In this document: positions 10,310 to 20,621 of the stretch, in pieces
Layout of the letters: each line of letters starts with the position of its first letter
Numbering within the stretch: position 1 is the first letter of the stretch
Assembly: GCA_044229975.1 (NCBI GenBank)
Contig: JBGARZ010000008.1
Coordinates: 256,001 to 320,000, forward strand
Source: Polyangiales bacterium
Lineage (GTDB): Bacteria > Myxococcota_A > Polyangia > Polyangiales > Ga0077539
DNA length: 64,000 nucleotides
Direction of reading: 5' to 3'
Made by a program: the position numbers and the translations under genes
Notes under the pieces: generated by a model
Seen by the model: the letters and a program-made list of their open reading frames with translations, nothing else
The model's database searches: none
What the model was told of the DNA's origin: nothing

Positions 10310-10891
10310 TTACAGGTGCACTCCCACCCGCAGCGCGCCGGTGACGCCCCAGGAGCCGTAGGCGGTCTCGTCGGCGAAGTAGGCGGCGCCGTCGACGCTG
10401 ACCTCGGGGCCGAGGGAGAAGTACCGGTTGAGGTACAGGTCCGTCGCGAAGGTCAGGCGGGCGCCGGCGCCGTTGCGTTGCGAGAGGCCGTTGGCGCCGA
10501 AGAAGGCCCAGCCGCCCGCGAGCGAGAGGTTGAGCCCGACGATGCCGCGCCGGCCGCGCAGACCCGCTTCGAGATAGAGCTTGTTGAAGTTGAGGTCGTC
10601 TCCATTGAACAAGCGCGTCTGTTGGAAGAGAGCGCCGATCTGGAACCCTCCCAGCACGAAGCCCGCGTGACCACCGTACGCCAGGCCGACGCCCGACGAG
10701 CGCGTGGTGTTGACGCCCAGGTAGTCGGACTGGAGCGCGGCCGAGCCGATGCCGACGTACTCGGCACCGATGATGGGAGTCAGATAGACGATCTCCGACT
10801 GTCGGTCGGTGGCTTGAGCGTTGGCGCTCGCGCCCGCTGCGATGAAGGCCAGAGCGCAGGCCGCTCCCACGAATCGTTGAACACACACCAT
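10310..10891 (-). CDS. Small outer-membrane beta-barrel protein
   Basis: Signal peptide ASANA; alternating amphipathic strands; C-terminal LRVGVHL. Confidence 0.7.
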   Translation of the reverse strand: MVCVQRFVGAACALAFIAAGASANAQATDRQSEIVYLTPIIGAEYVGIGSAALQSDYLGVNTTRSSGVGLAYGGHAGFVLGGFQIGALFQQTRLFNGDDLNFNKLYLEAGLRGRRGIVGLNLSLAGGWAFFGANGLSQRNGAGARLTFATDLYLNRYFSLGPEVSVDGAAYFADETAYGSWGVTGALRVGVHL

Positions 10892-10942
10892 GGCGAAGAC
10901 CTCCTGTCGGATGACGCGTGGGAGTCGGTCGCGGACCGCGCT

Positions 10943-11389
10943 TCAGCTCCCGGAGGTGGTGGTCGCGCGGACGGTGATGTCGAGCTCGAAGGTGGTGGTG
11001 GTGGGCGTGCGATCGTGGCGATGAACGCGACAGATCAGCTTGTGGGGACCGGGCGCCGTCGAGGGCGGGACGGTGACGCTGAAGGACGTCTGCGCGGTCA
11101 CGAGGATCTCGGTGGAGTCGGTGTCATCGAGGTAGACCTGGAGGTGCCCGGCGGTGGACGCCTGCGCGGCGGTCGGGGTCGCCGAAGGCTCGATCAGCGT
11201 GACGTTGGTGACCTGCACCGTCATGGGGACGGCCTGTCCCTGCATCACGTTGTTGACGTCCACGGTGGTGGTGACGTTGATGCGCGCGTTGATGTTGATC
11301 TCGGCATCGAGGGAGCCGTTGCAGCCCGCGGCAGGAACGGCGAACGCAAGCAGACCGACGAAGGCAAAGCGGTGCAGCGAAGTGAACAT
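10943..11389 (-). CDS. Small lipoprotein (GHLxVYLD...GPHKL beta-sandwich, DUF4399-like)
   Basis: Lipobox AAGC; His-containing motifs. Confidence 0.7.
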   Translation of the reverse strand: MFTSLHRFAFVGLLAFAVPAAGCNGSLDAEININARINVTTTVDVNNVMQGQAVPMTVQVTNVTLIEPSATPTAAQASTAGHLQVYLDDTDSTEILVTAQTSFSVTVPPSTAPGPHKLICRVHRHDRTPTTTTFELDITVRATTTSGS

Positions 11390-11461
11390 TGGCGGTTCTC
11401 GACTTTCTGAGCGGACACGAGGGGGGAGGTTGCTGGGCTCGTTGACCCGACAACGCCCTTC

Positions 11462-11476
11462 TCAAGCGCCGTGCCG
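11462..11476 (-). promoter_or_regulatory. Possible sigma54-type promoter for the 11389 lipoprotein gene
   Basis: Minus strand reads CGGCACG-GCGC-TTGA, an imperfect match to TGGCACG-N4-TTGC. Confidence 0.3.
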
Positions 11477-11637
11477 AGCTGTCCGCAGTGGATTGCCGGT
11501 GATTCCACAGTGATGTGCGCGATCGCGGCGGAGCGCCCTTCGCGCAGCCGTCTCAGGTGTGGCGTGCATGCTCAGCGCGGGCGCCATCAGACGTACCCTC
11601 CCGCCATGAACACCCCGACCGCGCTCGATGGTGTCCA

Positions 11638-12630
11638 ATGAGGTCGCTGGTCACTGGCGCCGCGGGCTTCATCGGCTCGCACGTCGTCCGCGCCCTGCTC
11701 CATCGCGGCCACGCGGTGCGCGCGCTGGTGCTCCCCCGCGACGACCGCCGCAACCTCCGCGGGCTCGACGTCGAGCTCGTCGAGGGCGACGTCACCGACG
11801 AGGCCGCCGTCGCCCGCGCCGTCGATGGCATGGACCGCGTCTTCCACCTCGCCGCCATCTACGCGCTCTGGCTCCCCGAGCCCGCGCTCATGCACCGGGT
11901 CAACGTCGACGGAACCCGCAACGTCCTCCGCGCAGCGCGGCGAGCGGGCGTTGGTCGCGTGGTGCACACGAGCTCCTTCGCGCGCTTCGCCGGTCAGGGA
12001 ACCGGCCGACGCGCGACCGAAGATTCCCCCTGGGCGCTCGGCGTCACGGGCGACCGCTACTCGCAGACCAAGCACGACGCCCACTGCGTCGCCGAAGAGG
12101 CCGCCGCCGCGGGTCAGGACGTCGTCATCGTCGCGCCGTGCGCCCCCATCGGTCCGGGCGACGTCGGCCCGACTCCGACCGGGCGCCTCCTGCTGACGAG
12201 CCTCGAAGCGCCCGTGGTGGCCGTCTCGGCGATGGTGAGCAACGTCGCGCACGTGAAGGACATGGCCGAGGGCCACGCGCTCGCGGCGGAGCGTGGCGTC
12301 GCGGGTCGCAGCTACATGCTCGGGCACCGCGACCTGTCGGGCGTCGAGCTCGCGCACATGGCGATGCGGGTGACGGGGCGTTTGCGCCCGGTGGTGGAGA
12401 TTCCCCACGCGGCGGCGCTGCTCGCGGGTCACGCGGCCCTCGCGTGGACCGAGCGCGTGAGCCACCGCGCGCCGCTGTTGACGCCGGCCGTGGCGCGCAT
12501 CGGAGCGCTCGGGCTCGCCGCCGATTGCAGCCGGGCGGTGCGCGAGCTCGGGATGCCGCAGACGCCGATCGAGGACGCCCTGCGCGACGCGATCGAGTGG
12601 TGGGGGCGCGAAGGCTACCTGCGGCGCTGA
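11638..12630 (+). CDS. NAD-dependent epimerase/dehydratase (HpnA/dihydroflavonol-reductase-like extended SDR)
   Basis: TGAAGFIG, VFHLAA, YSQTK (YxxxK), PIGPGDVGPTPTG. Confidence 0.9.
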   Translation: MRSLVTGAAGFIGSHVVRALLHRGHAVRALVLPRDDRRNLRGLDVELVEGDVTDEAAVARAVDGMDRVFHLAAIYALWLPEPALMHRVNVDGTRNVLRAARRAGVGRVVHTSSFARFAGQGTGRRATEDSPWALGVTGDRYSQTKHDAHCVAEEAAAAGQDVVIVAPCAPIGPGDVGPTPTGRLLLTSLEAPVVAVSAMVSNVAHVKDMAEGHALAAERGVAGRSYMLGHRDLSGVELAHMAMRVTGRLRPVVEIPHAAALLAGHAALAWTERVSHRAPLLTPAVARIGALGLAADCSRAVRELGMPQTPIEDALRDAIEWWGREGYLRR

Positions 12631-12682
12631 TCGCCGAGCACACCGGGCGTGAACGCCGTGCGCTGTGATCGTGTGGTGAAGG

Positions 12683-14023
12683 TCAGCGGCGGTAGCGATC
12701 GAGCACGTCGCCGCGGCCGTAGTAGCTGGTCATCCAGGTAGCGTAGGGGTGCGGGTCGAGCGCGAAGGTGTAGCTGCTCCCCGCGTCGGTGTGCGTGAGC
12801 TCGACCTCGATGCTGAGCACGGTGCCGCCCGACCCGTCGGGCGCGTAGTCGCGGACGAAGCGCAGCCGCCCGCTCGCGTCGTACACGTACGACGTGCGCG
12901 ACGTGGCGGTGTACACGGCGTCGCGCAGGAGGCCGCTCGGGGCGTAGAAGTAGTCGAGGTGGGACGTGGTGCTGTTGCGGCGGAAATCCTGGGCCCGCAG
13001 CGCGCCGTTGGTCCACGCGACGTAGGTGAAGCCGCCGGCGTCGGACCAGCTCCCGGTGGGTGATCCGCGGTCGCCGCGACCGAGGCCGCGCAGGCGCCCG
13101 GTGTCCTCGAACGAGTACGACTGGTAGCTCGCGTAGTAGAGCTCGCCGCCCGACGAAGGCGTCTGCCAGAAGCGCCGCCAGGTGGGTCGCCCGGACTCCC
13201 ACTGCCAGACGTAGCGGTAGTTCTCGATCCAGCCGTCGGGGAAGGTCAGGACGTCGTGGTGGTCGACGGTGCGCTGCCCGGCGCCGTCGTACTCGTAGCG
13301 CATGCGCTCGCTGTCGAGCCAGAGCGTGCCCGATGGGATCTGCGTGCTGGCCGACGTCAGCCGCCCGGCGGTGTCGTAGCGGTAGGTGGTGCGGGTGAGC
13401 GAGCGCCAGGTTCCGCCGGCTGCGGGCGCCTGCGACTCGGTGGTGTCGAGCCGTCGCATCGCGTCGTAGGCGTAGAGCGTGCGGCGCTCGTCCGCGAGGG
13501 AGCCGCTGTCGCCGACACGCCGTTCGATGGCAGTGAGCGGGGCGTATCCGAAGGGTGCAGGGGGCGGGAGCGTGGGCTGGGTCTCGCCTGCATCGACGGG
13601 CGACGGGACGTCGGTGGGCGATGGGCGATCGACGGATTCTGGGAGGTCAACAGGAGTGCCCGCGTCGGCGACAGAACCGCGATCGGTGACAGCGAGGACA
13701 TCGGTCGCGGAGGGCGTGTCGGGGGCGGTGGACGCATCGACGGAAGCGGGTGCGTCGAGCGCGGCGGAGGTGTCGGCGCCGAGGTCGCGAGAGACGACCG
13801 CATCGCCCGACGGAACGGATGCGTCGGGCGTGGTGACGTCGCGGGTGACGACCGCGCCATCGGGCGACGGGCTCTCGCGGTCGGACGCCGCGCTGGCATC
13901 GTCGGCCGCGAGCGGAACGTCAGTGGCGGTCGCGGAGCCATCGACGCGACTGTCGAGCCCGGAGACGTCCACGGGCGCGCAAGACGCAAGGGAGAGAAGG
14001 AAGAGCGGAGCGACGAGGCGCAT
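12683..14023 (-). CDS. Lipoprotein with low-complexity linker and YD-like repeats
   Basis: Lipobox LASC; repeated YxYDxxGR motifs in the C-terminal half. Confidence 0.75.
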   Translation of the reverse strand: MRLVAPLFLLSLASCAPVDVSGLDSRVDGSATATDVPLAADDASAASDRESPSPDGAVVTRDVTTPDASVPSGDAVVSRDLGADTSAALDAPASVDASTAPDTPSATDVLAVTDRGSVADAGTPVDLPESVDRPSPTDVPSPVDAGETQPTLPPPAPFGYAPLTAIERRVGDSGSLADERRTLYAYDAMRRLDTTESQAPAAGGTWRSLTRTTYRYDTAGRLTSASTQIPSGTLWLDSERMRYEYDGAGQRTVDHHDVLTFPDGWIENYRYVWQWESGRPTWRRFWQTPSSGGELYYASYQSYSFEDTGRLRGLGRGDRGSPTGSWSDAGGFTYVAWTNGALRAQDFRRNSTTSHLDYFYAPSGLLRDAVYTATSRTSYVYDASGRLRFVRDYAPDGSGGTVLSIEVELTHTDAGSSYTFALDPHPYATWMTSYYGRGDVLDRYRR

Positions 14024-14071
14024 GGGCCGCGACCATAGTCCAATCGGCCCCGACGAGCGCTGCGCTCTGCG

Positions 14072-16036
14072 TCACTCCACCGTCGCGTGCACGCCCATCA
14101 CAGCCAGCGCCGCGCCCAGCGGAACCACCGCATCCGCCCCGTCCCAATGCACGGTCACGTCCACCGCCACGAGCGGCGACACGCCCACCGACTCCAGCGC
14201 CCGGAGCGCGCGCTCCCTCGCCAGCGGCGGAACCTCCCGCATCGCCGTCTCCCCCGTCACGGCCGCGAGCCACCACACGTCCTCGGCCGGTCCTTCGTCG
14301 ACGTCGATGACCGTCTGCAACTCCGGCGCACCACTCCGAGCCCACGCCCGCACCCGCTCGCGCGCCCCGCGAAAGGTCGTCAACTTCGTCAACCCGACGC
14401 CCGTGAACGCGTCCACCCAACCGTCTGCCGTGCGGGTGCGCGCGGCCTCGTCGCGGTCCATCGGCGGCGGCGGAACCGACGATCGCCGATCATTGCGCGG
14501 CGTCGGCCGCTCCAGGATGAGCTCGTCGGCGAGCTCCCACGGGAGGGCAGCGAGCAGCGTGCGCGCCTCGGGGGCGTCTTGGGGACGATCGTCCTGCGAC
14601 TTCGCCATGAGCCGCGCGATGACCTCGTCGAACACCACCGGCAGCCGCGGGCACACCGCCGTCACCGCCGGAACAGGCGCCGACAGATGCTGCGCCATGT
14701 AGTCGGGCCCCTCGTAGGGCGGGTGCCCCGCGAGCATCTCGAACAGCACGCACCCGAGCGCGTAGAGGTCGGTGGAGGCGCTCACGGGCGCGCCGGTCAT
14801 CTGCTCCGGGGCCATGTACGGGAGCGATCCCACGAGCCCGCCGGTGACGGTCGCGCCGAGGTCGCCGAGGTGGGCCGCTCCGAGGTCACCGAGACGGGCC
14901 TGACCCGCCGGGTCGAAGAGCACGTTGCTGGGCTTCACGTCACGGTGAACGACCCCGTGCCGGTGCAGCGTCTCCAGGGCGCGCAGCAGGCGCAGGGTGA
15001 TGACGCCGACCTCGCGCAGCGGGAGGGAGCCGACGCGGGAGGAGAGGGTCCCGCCGGGCATCCAGTCGTAGACGATGGTGGGGCCTTCGGGGTCGAGCGC
15101 GCGCATCCGCACGAGGCACGGATCATCGAGCGAGCGCGCAAGATCGGCCTCGCGCACGAAGCGCCCGAAGGCCGCGCTCCGATCGTCGCTGACGGTGAGC
15201 ACCTTGAGCGCGACGGAGTCACCCGTGAGCTCGTCGACGGCTTCGAGCACGCGGCCTGTCGCGCCGGATCCTGCCTCGCGCACCACGCGGTAGCGGCCCG
15301 CGTAGCGCTTCGCAGCGCCCTCGGCGCGGGGCAGGTGCTCGGCGTATGCGTCGGGCTCGACCGGCCAGGAGGCGTCGCGATCGCGCAGGCGGGCGATCCA
15401 GTAGCGGGCGCCATGGAGGTACCCGAGGCGGCGCATGCCGGCCACGAGCCGCGCCATGACGTCGTCGCTCTCCTCGACCTTCGCGGCGGCTTGCAGCGCG
15501 CGGACGGCGCCCTCGTCGTCGCCCTGTCGCGCGCGGAGCTCGCCGAGGCGCATGGCCGCGGGGGCGTCGTCGGGGGTCTGGGCGAGGTGTTGTTCCCAGG
15601 CGCGGGCGGCGCGACCGGGGTCGTGGGCGCGCTCGAAGCACGGGGCGGCGCGGGCGTACTCGCCGAGCGTGTACCAGGTCTCGGCGGCCTCCAGCGGAGC
15701 GGTGTCTTCGAGGAGGCGGGCGGCCACGTCGTCGCGGCGGGCCAGCCTCGCCTGCGCGGCGGCCTGTGCGACGCGGGCAGTGTCACCCGCGAGGCGGGCG
15801 CTCAGGGCGTTGAGCACCTGCTCGTCGGCGGCCTGGAGCGCGATGTCCATGGCGAGGCGCCACTCGTTGCCTTCGACGGCGGCGACGGCAGCGTCGGCGA
15901 CGCGACCGAGCGAGGCGAGCAGCTCGGCGGCGCGGCGCCACTGACTGCGTTGAACAGCAAGCGCAGCGGCCTGATCGACCTCGGCGCGGGCGACGAGCGC
16001 CTCGACTTCGGGGTCAACCGCCACTCGGGGTGGCAC
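14072..16036 (-). CDS. Ser/Thr protein kinase with N-terminal TPR-like region
   Basis: GSGATG, VALK, HRDVKPSN, DLG, YMAPEQ, DLYALG. Confidence 0.92.
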   Translation of the reverse strand: MPPRVAVDPEVEALVARAEVDQAAALAVQRSQWRRAAELLASLGRVADAAVAAVEGNEWRLAMDIALQAADEQVLNALSARLAGDTARVAQAAAQARLARRDDVAARLLEDTAPLEAAETWYTLGEYARAAPCFERAHDPGRAARAWEQHLAQTPDDAPAAMRLGELRARQGDDEGAVRALQAAAKVEESDDVMARLVAGMRRLGYLHGARYWIARLRDRDASWPVEPDAYAEHLPRAEGAAKRYAGRYRVVREAGSGATGRVLEAVDELTGDSVALKVLTVSDDRSAAFGRFVREADLARSLDDPCLVRMRALDPEGPTIVYDWMPGGTLSSRVGSLPLREVGVITLRLLRALETLHRHGVVHRDVKPSNVLFDPAGQARLGDLGAAHLGDLGATVTGGLVGSLPYMAPEQMTGAPVSASTDLYALGCVLFEMLAGHPPYEGPDYMAQHLSAPVPAVTAVCPRLPVVFDEVIARLMAKSQDDRPQDAPEARTLLAALPWELADELILERPTPRNDRRSSVPPPPMDRDEAARTRTADGWVDAFTGVGLTKLTTFRGARERVRAWARSGAPELQTVIDVDEGPAEDVWWLAAVTGETAMREVPPLARERALRALESVGVSPLVAVDVTVHWDGADAVVPLGAALAVMGVHATVE

Positions 16037-16859
16037 CGGGCGCAGGCGGTTGCTCTTCGTCTTCGTCGTCGTCGGAGCCGTCGGGCGTCATGGCGGGGGC
16101 CGTGTCGACGCCGCCGATGGGCGTCACGCCGCGAGCGCGGGCGCGGGCGTCGGCCTCCTGCGCCTGGGTTCCGTGAACCTCCTGCATGCCGCGGCTGCGA
16201 CGACGGCGGGAGGAGCGGCGGCGGGTGGTGCGGCCGGGCGGGCTCGAGTCGACCCAGAAGTAGCTGCGGTTGCGGACGTCGACGTGGACGAAGCCGCTGT
16301 GGGGGTACACCCCGACGCCGAGAAACCCGATGGTGCGCGCGAACTCGGCGACCTGCTCATCGCGCACGCCGGGGAGCACGATGTCGGCGGCGCGGCCGAT
16401 GGCGTGGTTGCTGCGGCCGGCCTCGGAGCGGAAGCCCGAGACGATGTTGACCTGACCGACCTCGAAGTGGCGGGCGATCTCGAAGATGACGTCGATGAGG
16501 CGGCGGTCGATGGGGGCGTGGCGGCCGTTGCGGCGGTCGCCGAGAACGCGGGCGACCTCGGCGCGCTGGGTCTCGTCGAAGCCGCCGTCCTGGCGCTCGG
16601 GGGTGAGCTCGGTGGAGCCGAGGCCGTTGAGCGAGGAGAGCCGGAGGACGAAGCGACCGTCGCTGGTGAAACGCGCGGCGGGGATGGTGGCGGCGTTGTG
16701 CCAGCGCTGGTTGATGGTTCGGTAGCTGGAGAGGCTGATGCGCCGGGCAGCGGGGCGACGGGAGGAGGAGGACGACGACGGGCGCTGCTGGGCGAACGCG
16801 GCGACGGGCACGAGCAGGCCGAGCAGCAGCACGACGAAGGCTGTGAGGCGGCGCTCCAT
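16014..16859 (-). CDS. YcbK/DUF882 family (peptidase M15) protein
   Basis: SGFRS, SNHAIGRAAD, GVGVYPHSGFVHVDVR; signal peptide. Confidence 0.9.
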   Translation of the reverse strand: MERRLTAFVVLLLGLLVPVAAFAQQRPSSSSSSRRPAARRISLSSYRTINQRWHNAATIPAARFTSDGRFVLRLSSLNGLGSTELTPERQDGGFDETQRAEVARVLGDRRNGRHAPIDRRLIDVIFEIARHFEVGQVNIVSGFRSEAGRSNHAIGRAADIVLPGVRDEQVAEFARTIGFLGVGVYPHSGFVHVDVRNRSYFWVDSSPPGRTTRRRSSRRRRSRGMQEVHGTQAQEADARARARGVTPIGGVDTAPAMTPDGSDDDEDEEQPPAPGATPSGG

Positions 16860-16933
16860 AGGGGACGGGAGATTCCCCGATGGACGCGCGGGGCGCAAGG
16901 GGGCGGTGATTACCGGGGTGTGTAAGCGGAGGG

Positions 16934-17101
16934 GGGTGGGGACGGTTTCAGCTTTTCACGTTGTCGATGACAGGGGACGGGGACGGTTTCACCTATTCAC
17001 CTTCATCGTGTTGACCCATCACCGTGGGCGGAAGGTGAAAGGCTGAAACCGTCCCCGCCCCCTGTCATCGACAACGTGAAAAGCTGAAACCGTCCCCACC
17101 C
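16934..17101. repeat. Inverted repeat element built from GGGGACGGTTTCA units (two per arm), REP-like
   Basis: gggtggggacggtttcagcttttcacgttgtcgatgacagggg...ggggacggtttca is mirrored by tgaaaccgtcccc...cccctgtcatcgacaacgtgaaaagctgaaaccgtccccaccc. Confidence 0.9.
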
Positions 17102-17106
17102 GTTCA

Positions 17107-17733
17107 CTACGGACGCGCGTACACGCCGGTGAGCGTCCCCCACGCGAGCGTGTGCCCGCGCAGCATGAAGCGCACGAGCGCTGCGCTGGCTCCCTCCGGC
17201 GCGCCGAGCTGCGCCGTGTCGAGCGCGTACACGTTGAACCGATACCGGTGCGCGGGCCCCGGCGGCGGGCACGGTCCACCGTACCCGAGCGAGCCGAAGT
17301 CGGTGCGGCCATGGTGGGCGCCCGCGGGCAGCGACCCCTCGGCGCCCGCGTGCTCGGCGAGCGACGTCGTCCCCGCCGGAAGGTCGAACACCACCCAGTG
17401 ATAGAAGCCCGTCCCGGTGGGCGCGTCGGGGTCGTGCACCACCACGGCGACGGAGCGCGTCCCTTCCGGGAGGTTGCTCCACTGGAGCGCCGGCGAGTGG
17501 TTGTCGCCCGTGCAGCCGAAGCCCGAAAACACCGATCCGTTGGGGATGGCAGCGCCCTCGGCAAACGCCGCGCTCGTCACCCGAACCGTCGCGGGAGAGG
17601 GCGTTCCGTCGGCGCGCGTCGCGACGTACGCCACCGAGTCGGCCGTCGCAGAGGTGTCGGTGTGTGAGGCGTTGGTCGTGGTGTGCGCGCACGCAACAAG
17701 CGAGAACGCGGCCAGAAGAGAGAGGCGTCGCAT
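17107..17733 (-). CDS. YbhB/YbcL family Raf-kinase-inhibitor-like (PEBP) lipoprotein
   Basis: HDPDAP, FYHW, YGGPCPP, HRYRFNVYALD; lipobox LVAC; alternative start at 17757. Confidence 0.92.
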   Translation of the reverse strand: MRRLSLLAAFSLVACAHTTTNASHTDTSATADSVAYVATRADGTPSPATVRVTSAAFAEGAAIPNGSVFSGFGCTGDNHSPALQWSNLPEGTRSVAVVVHDPDAPTGTGFYHWVVFDLPAGTTSLAEHAGAEGSLPAGAHHGRTDFGSLGYGGPCPPPGPAHRYRFNVYALDTAQLGAPEGASAALVRFMLRGHTLAWGTLTGVYARP

Positions 17734-17831
17734 CGAGATGGGTGTCCTTGTTGGCATGGAGTCGGCCGTCGAAGCGCGCCAACGATAGAGACCCATCACC
17801 GCGACGACCAGTGGGATAGTCGCACCCCACG

Positions 17832-18920
17832 ATGCTCGCCCGCGTGCTCCTCGCCGCCTCGCTGCTCCAGGCCGCGCTCATCTACGTCCCGCTGCCGACC
17901 TGGGCGCTGTGGATGGTTCACTTCGCGGCCGTCGAGGCGTGCCTGCTCGGCGCCGCCACCGGCCTCGCCGCCCTCGCCCTCGGGCGCGGCCAGCCCGTCG
18001 TCCAGGCCCTCGCCGTCGTCGGCATCATCGCCGCCCTTGTCCCCGCACTCGCGGTGCTGCCCCTCTATCGTCGCGAGGCGTCGTCCTTCTCGTTCGTGTC
18101 GTGGCTCACCGGGCGCATCGGTCCGACCGTCGTCGTCGAGCGCGACCTCACCCTCGCCCCGGGTCTGCGCGCCGACCTCTACCGCGCGCCCGGCGCCGGT
18201 CCCCATCCCTTCGTCGTGGTCATCCATGGCGGGAGCTGGCGCTCGGGCGACAAGGGCGACGCCGCACACGTCTCCCACGCCCTCGCCCGCGCGGGCTTCT
18301 CCGTCGTCGACGTGTCGTACCGCCTCGCGCCCGCAGCACCCTTCCCCGCCGCCATCGCCGATGTGAAGTGTCTCCTCGGACAGCTCCGCGCACGCTCCTC
18401 CGAGCTCGGCCTCGACCCCGCGCGCGCCGCCCTCCTCGGCCGTTCGGCGGGCGGTCAGATCGCCCTCGTCTCCGCCTACTCCGACAACACCATCGCCCCC
18501 TCGTGCGAGCTCCCCTCCCCCGCGCTGCCCGTGCGCGCCGTGGTCTCCGTCTACGGGCCCACCGACCTCGCGTGGGGACACGGTCACCCGTTCGTTCCTG
18601 ACGTCGTTCACGGAACCGACGCGCTCGAGACCTACCTCGGCGGCTCACCCCGAACCGCCCCCGACGCCTACCGCCTCGCCACCCCGCAGACCTGGGTCAA
18701 CGACGCCTCTCCCGCGACGCTGCTCGTCCACGGCCTCGGCGAACGCTGCGTGCGCGCCAACCACGCCGAGAAGCTCGCGACGGCGCTTCGCTCCCACGGT
18801 CGCACCGCACGCACGCTCCTCATCCCCTTCGCCGACCACGGCTTCGATGTTCGCCCTGGCGGCTTCGGCGAGCAGCTCGCGCGCGGCGCCATCATCGACT
18901 TCCTCCGGCAACACCTCTGA
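17832..18920 (+). CDS. Membrane-anchored alpha/beta hydrolase (esterase/lipase)
   Basis: HGGSW oxyanion motif, GRSAGG nucleophile elbow, C-terminal HGF; N-terminal TM segments. Confidence 0.88.
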   Translation: MLARVLLAASLLQAALIYVPLPTWALWMVHFAAVEACLLGAATGLAALALGRGQPVVQALAVVGIIAALVPALAVLPLYRREASSFSFVSWLTGRIGPTVVVERDLTLAPGLRADLYRAPGAGPHPFVVVIHGGSWRSGDKGDAAHVSHALARAGFSVVDVSYRLAPAAPFPAAIADVKCLLGQLRARSSELGLDPARAALLGRSAGGQIALVSAYSDNTIAPSCELPSPALPVRAVVSVYGPTDLAWGHGHPFVPDVVHGTDALETYLGGSPRTAPDAYRLATPQTWVNDASPATLLVHGLGERCVRANHAEKLATALRSHGRTARTLLIPFADHGFDVRPGGFGEQLARGAIIDFLRQHL

Positions 18921-19002
18921 CCACCGTGGCACGCACGCTGCACTTTTCGCGGCGATGCCGGGGAGATGCCACTCGATAGACCGCGCGCACGGACTTGCCG
19001 CG

Positions 19003-20004
19003 ATGGTCGCGGCGGCAGGCGCGTTCGCCCCATGGCCCGGAGTGGCACAGACCCTTGCCGAGACGCGCGTGGAGTTGTCGTGGTCGGCGCCCGGGGGATG
19101 TCCCGACGAGGCCTTCGTGCGGGCGGAGGTCGCGCGCCTGACCCGATCGCAGACGACCGGTGGAGCGCCGCTGCGGGTGCATGCCTCGGTGTCGTCCAGC
19201 GGGCCCGATCGCTGGCGGCTTGAGCTGCGCTCGACGCGCGCCGGTCTCGACACGTCGCGGGTGCTCGAAGGCCCCGCGTGCGCACCGCTCGCCGACGCCG
19301 CGACGCTGATCATCTCGATGATGGTCGACCCCGATGCGGAGCTACCAGCGCCCGCCGAAACACCCGCTCCGCCACCGCCCGTCGCGACGACGGAGCCCGA
19401 CCCACCGCCGACGGTCGCTCCCGTCGTGGCACCTCGTCGACGCCGCGCGCGACGTTCTCATCGCGCGATCGCGCTCGTCCCGACGCGTACTCGCCTTCGC
19501 TTCGTCATCGGCGCAGACGCCGGCCTCGACGTCGGTCTCCTTCCTGGCGCGTCGGTGAGCCTTCGCGGCGCAGCGGGGATCACCTACGGCCCATGGCGCG
19601 TCGAGCTCTCCGGGCAGTACTGGCCGGGGTCGAGCGTGGCGCATCCGACGCGCGCGGGCGTGGGTGGACACTTCTCGCTCGCAGCAGGTGGAGCGACGGC
19701 ATGTCGTGACCTCGCGGCCGGTCGCGTGGCTGCCGTCGGTGTGTGCGCCGGTGTCGAGGTCGGCGCGGTCACCGGAACGTCGTACGGCGTCGCGCTCCCA
19801 GAGACGGTTCGCGCCCCGTGGGCAGCCGCCACTGCGGGAGGCATCGGGACGCTGCGGCTCGGGTCGCGCATCGCGCTGCGGTTGCAGGCGGTGGCGGTGA
19901 TTCCGGTGCTGCGGCCCGACTACCAGCTCGAAAACATCGGAACGGTCCACCGACTGCCCGCGGTGGGATTTCGCGGGCTCTTGGGTATCGAAGTGCACTT
20001 TTGA
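19003..20004 (+). CDS. Exported hypothetical protein with C-terminal beta-barrel (ECF-operon associated)
   Basis: WSAPxGCP N-domain, Pro-rich linker, barrel-like C-terminus ending in F; start uncertain (18955 possible). Confidence 0.7.
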   Translation: MVAAAGAFAPWPGVAQTLAETRVELSWSAPGGCPDEAFVRAEVARLTRSQTTGGAPLRVHASVSSSGPDRWRLELRSTRAGLDTSRVLEGPACAPLADAATLIISMMVDPDAELPAPAETPAPPPPVATTEPDPPPTVAPVVAPRRRRARRSHRAIALVPTRTRLRFVIGADAGLDVGLLPGASVSLRGAAGITYGPWRVELSGQYWPGSSVAHPTRAGVGGHFSLAAGGATACRDLAAGRVAAVGVCAGVEVGAVTGTSYGVALPETVRAPWAAATAGGIGTLRLGSRIALRLQAVAVIPVLRPDYQLENIGTVHRLPAVGFRGLLGIEVHF

Positions 20005-20031
20005 TCACGGAGCGAGCCATGCCGCTGCACT
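20005..20031 (+). promoter_or_regulatory. Putative ECF promoter TCACGG-N16-GCACT upstream of the sigma gene
   Basis: Same bipartite motif and spacing recurs at 21396-21422. Confidence 0.55.
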
Positions 20032-20099
20032 CAGCCGTCGAAGCCCCGTGGGCGTCGCCAGTGGGCCAACCCCCGCCGGCCGTCCGCGACGCACCTCCC

Positions 20100-20621
20100 A
20101 TGCAACTCGCGGAGATCTACGCCGAGCACTTCGACTTCGTGTGGCGCAGCGTGCGTCGGCTCGGTGTTCCTGAGTCGTCGGTCGACGACGCCGTGCAGGA
20201 CGTCTTCGTGGTGGTGCATCGACGGCTCGATGAGTTCGAAGGGCGCTCGTCGATGAAGACCTGGCTCTTCGCGATCGTGCGCCGCGTGGTGCGCGACCAC
20301 CGCCCCTCCACCCGGCGAACGCTGGTCGAGCCCGCTGCGCTCGAAGCGCTGCCCGACACCGCGAGCGGTCCCATGGAGTGCGCCGCGCAGGCCGAGGCCG
20401 TGCGGCTGCTGTACCGACTGCTCGACGAGCTCGACGCCGACAAGCGCGAGGTCTTCGTGCTCGTGGACCTCGAACAGATGACCGCCCCCGAAGCCGCCGA
20501 GGCCGTCGGCGCCAACGTCAACACCGTCTACGCCCGGCTCCGCGCCGCGCGACGCGACCTCGACGCGGCGATGACCCGGCTGCGAGCGAAGGGCGCGTGG
20601 AGGCAAGCATGCGCGACCTGA
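20100..20621 (+). CDS. ECF RNA polymerase sigma factor
   Basis: DDAVQDVF, FEGRSSMKTWLFAI (region 2), REVFVLVDLE...NTVYARL (region 4); alternative start at 20019. Confidence 0.93.
   Translation: MQLAEIYAEHFDFVWRSVRRLGVPESSVDDAVQDVFVVVHRRLDEFEGRSSMKTWLFAIVRRVVRDHRPSTRRTLVEPAALEALPDTASGPMECAAQAEAVRLLYRLLDELDADKREVFVLVDLEQMTAPEAAEAVGANVNTVYARLRAARRDLDAAMTRLRAKGAWRQACAT

Noticed and set aside
12683..14023. Rhs/YD polymorphic toxin
   Set aside because: Only a few YD-like repeats, with no Rhs core (PxxxxDPxG), toxin tip or immunity gene.
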